This document shows, piece after piece, positions 54,501-64,000 of a DNA stretch of 64,000 nt. The notes below the pieces were generated by a model that saw only the letters and a list, made by a program, of their open reading frames with translations, was not told the DNA's origin and searched no databases. Position 1 is the stretch's first letter; each line of letters opens with the position of its first letter. Origin of the DNA: the human T2T-CHM13v2.0 reference genome, Homo sapiens. The stretch is from the NCBI RefSeq assembly GCF_009914755.1, contig NC_060944.1. The stretch is one strand, 5' to 3'. The position numbers were made by a program, and so were the translations under genes.

Positions 54501-54555
54501 TGGGGGGCAGGCATGCTAAAGCAGGGAAATGGGGAAGAAAGAAACACAAGTGCAG

Positions 54556-54856
54556 TTATTTATTTTTTTCTTTGAGACAGAGTTTTGCTCTTGTCCCCCA
54601 GGCTGGAGTGCAATGGTGCGATCTCGGCTCACTGCAACTCCACCTCCCAGGTTCAAGTGATTCTCCTACCTCAGCCTCCCGAGTAGCTGGGATTACAGGC
54701 ATGCGCCACCATGCCTGGCCAATTTTTGTATTTTTAGTAGACATGGGGGTTTCACCATGTTGTCCAGGCTGGTCTCGAACTCCTGACCTCAGGTGATCCA
54801 CCCACCTTGGCATCCCGAAGTGCTGGGATTACAGGCTTGAGCCGCTGCATCTGGCC
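54556..54856 (-). mobile_element. AluSq/Sp
   Basis: ttgctcttgtc, gtgcaatgg; TSD AAGTGCAG at 54548-54555 and 54857-54864. Confidence 0.95.
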
Positions 54857-55369
54857 AAGTGCAGATATTTTTATCACTTTATTTCAGAACGGAAACCTGT
54901 TTTTAGATATGAAAATAATGTATGCCCACTGTAAAATAAAATCAGATAATTTAAAAAGTCGTAATGAAGAAAATAAAAATTACTAGGAATCTCATTAATT
55001 GGAAACAGCCTCTAGCATAATTTTAGGTTATGTCTTTCCTGAATTATTTTATGATAGAAAAAGTTTTACATAGGTAATATATTCACCTGGCTCAAAAGCC
55101 AGAATACACAAGGTACCCAGTAAAGCCCGTTTGCATCCCTGTGCCCCTTGGCCCTGCCCCTCCCACCCCACAGATGACATCCTTCACTAGTTCTTAGTGA
55201 CAAGGATCTCCCTCTCTCTCTCTCTCAATAGATGTATTATATTTATCCTGTGTTTTATACTCAAAAGATATATCATATATATTTTTCTACATCCTGCTGT
55301 TTGCAACAATACATATTAGAGATTTTTCCACATCAACACTTAAGAGTTCCCTGTTTAAAAAAATAGCTG

Positions 55370-55785
<416 letters not shown>

Positions 55786-56849
55786 TGTATGGTATTCCAT
55801 CTTATGGCTGTACTGTGACTCATTTAACCTTCCCTTTTTTATGCATGCAAAAATATGCCAACACACACAGTTTTAAACAATACCAAAGTCTTACACATAC
55901 AATTTTATTCACTGCTTCTTCGTGCATTAACAATTTACAGTGAACATTTCTTGTCACTCAATATTTGTCGACATCCTCATTTTTAATGATTTCACATTAT
56001 TCCATTGTTTGAATGAGTCTTCATTTATTTTACCATTTCCCTACTATGGGCATTTAGATAGTTTCTGCTTTTTGCTCTTACAAGTGGGGCCAGGAACAAA
56101 TGTCCTTATTCATTTTTATGCACTTGTCTCATTTTTTGCTTAAGATGGATTCCTGGAGACCGAATTCATCACATCACAGGGCATGCGTGACTCTGGTGCT
56201 TTTGTGACATGTTGCCAATTGCCCTCCGGAAAAGCTGGGCCAGGCGACCACCCACCAAGAGCAGATGTAGTGGCCCCTCTTTGCTGGGCACCAAGCTTGT
56301 TTGCAAATCTTCCCCATGTTCGCTGATTAAATGGGTGAACAACAGTTCAATTAATTTAGGGAGCATGACCCTACATTTGTCTTCTCAAGTATAAACCAAG
56401 ATCCTAGGAGGCACTGAGAAAGAAATAGGTGGGTTCCAGGGGGGCCAGGCCCTGCTGTGGGACTCCTGCAGCCTGTTTCCCAGAGTACTGAATTTGGGTC
56501 AATGCTCTGATCTGGGAGAGATGAGGGCAAACGTTGAATATCCTGGAAGATGATTCTCTGTGCTTTCTGAATTTATTCTGATTGGGATCCTTTGGTTAGA
56601 GATGGGGGTATTCAGTTCACTGTCTTCTAATAATGACAACATTGAGCACTTATGGGGTACTTCCTGGGGACCTAGCACTAGAACCAAGATTCCCACATGG
56701 ATTGTCTCATGGAATACTTCCAAGAACTTTAGGAAGATATTTGTTTTTTATCATCATCCCCATTTGATGAATGAGGAAGTGGAGGATCAGAGCCTTAAGG
56801 TGACTTTCTCAAGGTGACCCTATGGTAAGGGATGGGGCTGGGTTTTTAC

Positions 56850-57330
56850 TCCAACTTTTTAATATGAAAATTATCAAGTATACAGAAGAGTTGGAGGGAC
56901 AGCGCTGTGAATGCCTGTGTGCTCACCACCTACATTTGACAGCCGTATTTGATGTGTGTGTGTGCGTGCGCACTCTTTGAATGTATGTTACAGGCATCAT
57001 GACAGTTCATCCCTAAATACTTCAGCTGTGCATCCTAAGAAAAAGATCCTTTATGTCCTCATCACCATTTTCTCACCTAAGAAAACTAACAAGAACTCCG
57101 TAATATTATCTATTATTTGGTCTGCAATCAAATTTCCACATTTTTTCCATTGCTCCAAAATCCTTTTAGCTGTTTTGCTCTTGAACCAGGATCTAACAAC
57201 TTTCTCACATTGCATTTAGTTTTTACATCTCTTGAGTCTTTTACAATCTAGAATGTTCTCTCCTTACTTTTCCTCCCCAGAACATTGACTTTTTGAAGTG
57301 AACAAACTGGCTGTGTTGCAGAGGGCCCTC
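56850..57330 (-). mobile_element. L1MC-type 3' fragment
   Basis: tttaatatgaaaatt...tacagaagagttg...ccctaaatacttcagc...ttgaaccaggatc. Confidence 0.6.
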
Positions 57331-58275
57331 AGTGACGCCGAGTGTGGTTGCTTGGAAAAGATGATGGCCACCAACCATTCTGTGGTGAAAGCTTCTGTTT
57401 TCTCTTGGAAATTATTCTGTAGGAGGGTATTTTGGCCCCTTGCAAAGAACTTATCCCCCCAATACCCTCTCACCTAATGGCTTTTGGATCCATTGATGAT
57501 TCTTTTCTGGATCGGTTATTTCAATGGGAGTTGCAAATGGTGAATTTGCTAAGGTGCTCTTCCTCTTGCATTGATGAGCAGGCATTCTGCTCCAGAGAAG
57601 AGCGTTCTCTCAACCAGGGCATCAGCCTGTCCCTTCTAGGATGGCTGTGTCAATGGGACCAGGGTGTGCACAGAAGTTCCTCCATGCAGGTCCACAGCAG
57701 ACATAATCACCCTCTTTTGCACCCTCCTCTCTCTCACAGCACACTACAAACTTTCATCTCCAGGCTCTGAACGAGCTTCCAAAATCATGCCCTTGCACTC
57801 CTCCTTGGACCACGAGGCAGCCACTTAAAGGTTTTTGGAAATTTTGCCCACCACCTCCCAAACAAGCAAACTGCTGGAAGTGTTTGCTCTGGGACAGGTC
57901 TTAAGAGGTGTGTGCCTTGGCTTGGGAGCAGCTCGGGTCTGGGCAGCCTCGGGTCTTTGCTGGGCAGGTTGAGTGAGATACAGCATCACCCTAGGAACAG
58001 GCATAGCCTGGATTTTGGGGACTGAGGGAGTGAGGTTTCAATCCCTACCCTACTAGCTATGTTGCTTTGGGGAGTGACAACCCCTCTGAGTCTCAGCTTC
58101 TCTGCCCTCATCGTGGGGCTCATGATGGTAAGGCTTACCGCAGAGGCCGCATGTGCTGTTCCCATGAAATAATGTAGAGGAGAGGGCCTGCCACTGTGTG
58201 CCAGTCATTTTCCTATTAATTATCTGCTTTTTTTTTTTCTTCACAACAACCATGCCAGGATGATTCTGTGGCTGC

Positions 58276-58800
58276 TTGTAGTAATAGGACTCTTTTGGTC
58301 ATAAGCAACAAAAACCCATCTCAAACTAGCTTAGGCAAGAATGGGTATTTCCTCAGGTACAGTGGCTCATGTAACCAGTTAAGCCTCATGATCAAGGGCC
58401 TTGAGCGCTGGGACTCAGTCCCTCTCACTGTTCTTGTTTCTGGACACTGTTTTTCTCTGTGTTGGCCTCAGCCTCAGTCCACCTCTCCCGTCTTGGTGCC
58501 TAGATGGCCTCTAGACGCTTCAGGATTTTCTCTCACTTGCATTATTGGTTTAGGTGAAGAGAATGTCTCTGTCCTTCCGGCTCCAACAGAAATCCCAGAG
58601 AAGTCTGACTGGCCTGTTTTGAGTGATAGGCACATCCTGAACCAACCTCTGTGGCTGGAGGGATCCAGTTTTTGATTGGCCGTAATCAGAGTCAGACACC
58701 ACCCTTAGAGTTGGAAGTGGGGTCAGCTCTATTCCTCAAAAGAAAACTGGGGTGCTGTTCCCAGAGGAGATGGGACAGATGCTAGGTAGACAAAAATAAC
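58276..58800 (-). mobile_element. MLT1J/K-like LTR
   Basis: aggactcttttggtcataagcaacaaaaacccatctcaaactagcttaggcaa. Confidence 0.55.
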
Positions 58801-59163
58801 ATGTCCCTTGCACTTTGGGTCTGTGGATTGACGGGGGGATGCTTGCTGGGTGAGGGAGCCCCCACATGCCTGGCCAGCGAGAAGCAGAGGAGCAGAATCG
58901 TCAGTGGGGCCTGGGAGGAGGACCACCGACTCACACTGAACTCCCAGCCTAAGCCGCGATTTATATTTAGCACGAGGAAAACTGTCAGGCTCTTAAATAT
59001 GTATGGGATTGGAAGAGCCAGGAGGGAGAGAAAGTGCAGATTCTGCATGTGCCAGCGAGGAATTAATTAGAAATAAACCATATAGGAGAAGCTGTCTAAA
59101 TTCTGTTCTGCTTTTGATCTGGCTGCCAACCGATGACTTCGGGAATTCTCCACCAAGCCGTGA

Positions 59164-59707
<544 letters not shown>

Positions 59708-59973
59708 CATCTGCACCCCTTTCTGGAGCCACCCAGGTGGCCTAGAGTGCAGACCCTCTCCCAGGGACCTCTGCACCCTCAGCTCTCACTCCACTTGCTG
59801 GCATTGACCATGATCAATGTCCATTATCACCAGCCAGGTGTCAGACGGGGCACGGGCTGGGCCTCTGCTGAGTCCGGTGACACCTGGCCCTGGGCTGGGC
59901 GCACAGCAGGTGCTTTTCAGGTACCAGTTGGAGTCACAGCTCTGAACTGGAAGTGACCTGGAGCCAGAATGAT

Positions 59974-60245
<272 letters not shown>

Positions 60246-60869
60246 TAAAAACAACTCGTCATGTCACACCCCTGCCTAAGATGCTTTGGGGACTTCTCCT
60301 GGGCCTCAGGATAAAGCCCCTGGTTCCCACTATGCTATGCAGGCCCTGCCACCTCTGCCCCCACCAAACCCCCCACCACCTCTTCCCTCCTGCCCCTTGT
60401 GGACCAGTGTCATTCCCACTGGAGTGTTTCTGACCCTCAGAAGGGCTGAGCTTACTCCCCGCCCAGACTGTACCCTGCAGTTTCCTCTTTTGGAACTCTC
60501 CAGCCCCAGATCCCCATGGGTTGGGTTCTATTTGTGAACTGGACCTCATGTCATTTGTCAGCCTTCAAAGTATCCCTGTGTTTTATGTTTTTAAAGCATT
60601 TATCATCATGTGACAGCATCCTCTGTAATCAGGTGATTACCTAACTGTAGTTTGTTTCTTCTACAAGATTTAAGTAATGAGAGGAGAGAGACAGAGAAAG
60701 AGAGAGAGAGAGAGATCAGCACTGGCTGGTTGTCTTGGTCCCCAGAGCAGTACCTGGCACAGAACAGTGCTTAATGTATGTAGTTTGAATAAAATAAGTT
60801 TTTTTGATTGCATTTTTAGAATAAATTAATGAACATATAAAGAGCATTCAGAAGTCTTCATATTGTCTT

Positions 60870-61205
60870 TTAAATATTTCTATTTTTTATTGCGGTAACT
60901 GTAAATTCAAATGCCATTGTAAAAAATAATGCAGAGAGATCCTTCGTACATTTACCCGTTTCCCCCAGTGGTAACATTCTGTACAGCCATGGTACAGTAA
61001 CACAGCCAAGCTGCTGACAGTGACAAAATCCATCACCATCCCTCTGACATCCCCAGTGGTCCTTGCTCTCATCTGTGTATGTGGATTAATGTTCTTTTAT
61101 TGCCTGTGTAGGTTTGTGTCTCCACTGCCACAGTTAAGATGCTGGACAGTTCCAACACCACAAGGAGCTCTGAGCTGTCCTATAACCACAGCCACCTCCC
61201 TCCCA
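60870..61205 (-). mobile_element. L1MC-type 3' end
   Basis: aaataatgcagagagatcc...tttcccccagtggtaacat. Confidence 0.65.
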
Positions 61206-62999
61206 TATACTATTTTGAAAAGCCATACAGTTTTTGTTGCAATTAATTCCATGCAGAACTCCGTTAGGAAGTGCCAGGTGGATGCCGGTGCTGGCTGGTT
61301 CTGCAGCGGCCGCACACCTCGCTCTGCGCACCCATCAGACACCACCCTGGGGGCTCCGGCCCAGACCTGGGATCAGGAACAGCCAGGATCTCAAAATCCA
61401 CTATGGAGGTGGCTAGGAAGCTCCAAGGGGCTCAGTGTCAAGCCCTAGAGGCCCTGGTCCAGTGCTTGCCTTCCTGGGTGTCAGCTAGGGGTCCTGGGAC
61501 CTGAGCTAGAGGCAGGACATGAGCTGGCGGGGCCCAGCCCAGCACTGAGAGCCTAGGGGATAAGCTGTGGGGGTGTCTCAGGCTTTGTGCCTGAGCTAAG
61601 GGGTCCTGAGCCCAGCCCTGATGGCCCAGGGTGTGAGCAAAGGACCCTGCCCAGCACTGGTAGTCACATTAGGTCCCCCCACGGTCGGATCATGCTTGTC
61701 TCACTCCCTTTTCGAGCCCAAGTCTCCTGCCCCCTGGGCAGTTCTGTGAGTAGCCAGGTTTCCTGTCAATAAACTCCTCGTTGGCTGAGATCAGAGTCAG
61801 TATCTGTCCTACAGCTCAGAGTCCCCAACCCCGGCAGGCAGCGCCTCATCTCCACCTCTGCAGAGTGACCTCTCTGCAAGCGTCCAGCCAGTGCCAGTGT
61901 GGTGCTCCATTCAGAGCTCAGAAGGCCCTCCCAGGGCGCAGTGGGGCCCAGGGGTGCTTTTAGGCACGAGCTCACCACCAGGCCTCTTTCTGCTGAGCCA
62001 CTGGGGCCTTCTCTGCCACAGAGACTCACTCGAAGACTTTTGCTCATGATCTTGAATTCCATTTAAGGACATCGAGGCACAGGAAAGCAGCCCACATGCT
62101 GCAGGGCCAGGATTAAACCCCACACAGTCCACTCCTGCAGCTCAGTTCCCCCCGACCCCCACCGACTTCTGGGGTCCTCTGGGACAGAAGCTGGGCAGGT
62201 TCCTTCTCAGAACAGTCTCCGCCAGCAGCTTCATTTATGCCCTCAGCTGGGACCAGCCCATCTTTTCCCAGTTCAGGCCCCCTAATCCCTATGACCCAAC
62301 TCCCTCCACGTTCGCCACCAGTCACCATTTAATTTACACCCAATCATAGGGGCCCATCTTTGCTCTGGTTTCGAGAAAACTACTCAAGATTCTGACTTCA
62401 TCCCATTTTACTTTTTTCCCTTGTGAAGACTGGAATTCAGGGATATTTATCTTGCTGGGCCTGCGAAAGCTTAAATAAAGTAAGCTTTATCTGTTGGAAG
62501 CTGTCAGCTGATAAAAAAGAAAAGAATTAAGCATATTCCTATTTGATGAACTATGCAGAGAGGGTCAGCTTTCTGTCGTTTGGCTTCATTGTTCTCTGCA
62601 GAAACAGCCACATGCCCACTTTGAGAACTGCCTCGGGACTCCAGTCTCTGACCCCTAAAGCCTGTCTGGACATTCAGACGTCTTGCTAACAGATGGACCG
62701 CTGGTGCGGCAGCAGCATGTGGGCGGGGGGAACGTTTGCCACTTCAGGGACGGCCATGGAGGGTGTTTCTCAGGACAAGAGCACATCCATGTCCCTCCTT
62801 TCCTGCAAGCCTTCAGGGATTCCCATGCGGGGAGCCTCATTCCCTCCTGGGAAGCACCTTTCCTCCTTCCAGGGGAGCCCCCTGTGGCTAGATCATCTGC
62901 GCTTCCATTCCAAGGGCAGAGTCTGACAGGGTGGACCTTGGAGACTGATGTCTAGAGGGGACTGAAACCCTGCTGGGAAGTGCAGGTTCCCCAAGATGT

Positions 63000-63710
63000 G
63001 CCCCACCCAAAGTCCCTCTCCACAGGGGCAGAAAGTCAACTTTCAAAACCTGTGTGGGTTACACCACTCCTGCCCACTTCCACAGCCACCACCCAGGGCC
63101 AGGCCACCGCCTCTCCCGCCTCTCTTCCCTGGTCTTCCCGCTCTGTCCTCACCCAACTGTGCTCCAAGTAACAGGTTACAGCAGATCACTCCTCTGTTCC
63201 AAATCCTGCCATGTTCCCATTTCACACGCCCCTAAACCTGCCCCCTCCCCACTTTTCCTCCTCCTACCCCACCCCCTGTCATTGTATCCAGCACTGCAGG
63301 GTTCCTGGCAGTGCCTCGAACATGCCAGGCACACTGTGGCCTCAGGGACTTTGCACTGGCTATTCCCTCTGCCTGGAATGCTCTTCCCCCATATACTGGC
63401 ACAGCTCACACCATCCCTCCTTCGTCTTCCATCAAATGTCACCTTCTCAATGAATTCTTCCCTGGCCATGCTATCTTGCAGTGCTACTTGTTCCCATCCA
63501 CACCCCATCCTCAGTATCTTGTCCATCTTGCTTTTTCTTTCCATAGTGCTCATGGCCTTTACAAATAGTAGTTTCTTTATTTATTATGCTTTTGTTCATT
63601 GTCTGTCTCCTTTTGTACAAGGGCAAAACTCTGGCTACTTTTTTCTCTGTTACATCCACAAAGCCTGGACTAGTCGGAGTTTGATAAAATATTTGTTAAT
63701 GAATGAACAG
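63000..63710 (+). mobile_element. L2 3' fragment
   Basis: gcctcagggactttgcactggctattccctctgcctggaatgctcttcccc...aaatatttgttaatgaatgaa. Confidence 0.8.
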
Positions 63711-64000
63711 ATACAGTGGCTCGTTGTGGAATGCAGGGGATTCTGGATAGAGTTGGGTTCGTACACAGGGATGGCTGGATGCATGTTCATAGAATAAGCA
63801 AGTTTATTTTGTGAGGATTTTACTTACGGATAACCTTCATGTTGGCAAATGACCAAGGTCTTTTCCAATAAGAACTGACAAACTCAACACCGATTCCTAA
63901 AGCTTTGCAGAAAATCTCAAACATTCCTTTTTGCTGTTAGAAACAGAACACCTGACTCATACCGGCTTAAGCAAAAAGGAAATTTATTAGATCATGTGAT

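Noticed and set aside
63054-63797. Longest ORF (247 aa, +) with hydrophobic stretches
   Set aside because: It lies in a pyrimidine-rich L2 remnant and has a non-ATG start. The hydrophobicity reflects base composition.

Overview
This is non-coding primate genomic DNA, most likely human or another catarrhine, judged from the AluJ/S/Y, THE1/MST and MER41 elements. I find no credible protein-coding region. The supplied ORFs are chance frames in Alu, L1, L2, LTR or low-complexity DNA, and I cannot name the locus from sequence alone. Roughly half the window is interspersed repeat: about 20 Alus, old L1M fragments, L2/MIR, MaLR/ERV solo LTRs and hAT DNA transposons. Many have readable target-site duplications (TSDs), and there are several nested insertions. 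Repeat family and subfamily names come from recalled consensus sequences, not from a search, and boundaries without a TSD are approximate. The most unusual signals are five. (1) Two local templated duplications: a 167-bp direct copy of the edge of an enhancer-like element inserted about 1.5 kb upstream into a DNA transposon, and a ~104-bp inverted copy inserted about 0.7 kb upstream inside an old L1. (2) Several repeat-free, homeodomain-motif-dense islands that look like developmental enhancers. (3) A CpG-rich, Z-DNA-prone element next to a MER41 LTR, with three STAT/GAS motifs. (4) A 36-nt 3'-truncated U2 snRNA retrocopy. (5) A THE1 LTR that keeps an intact DUX4 motif. I see no evidence of a novel protein-coding system.
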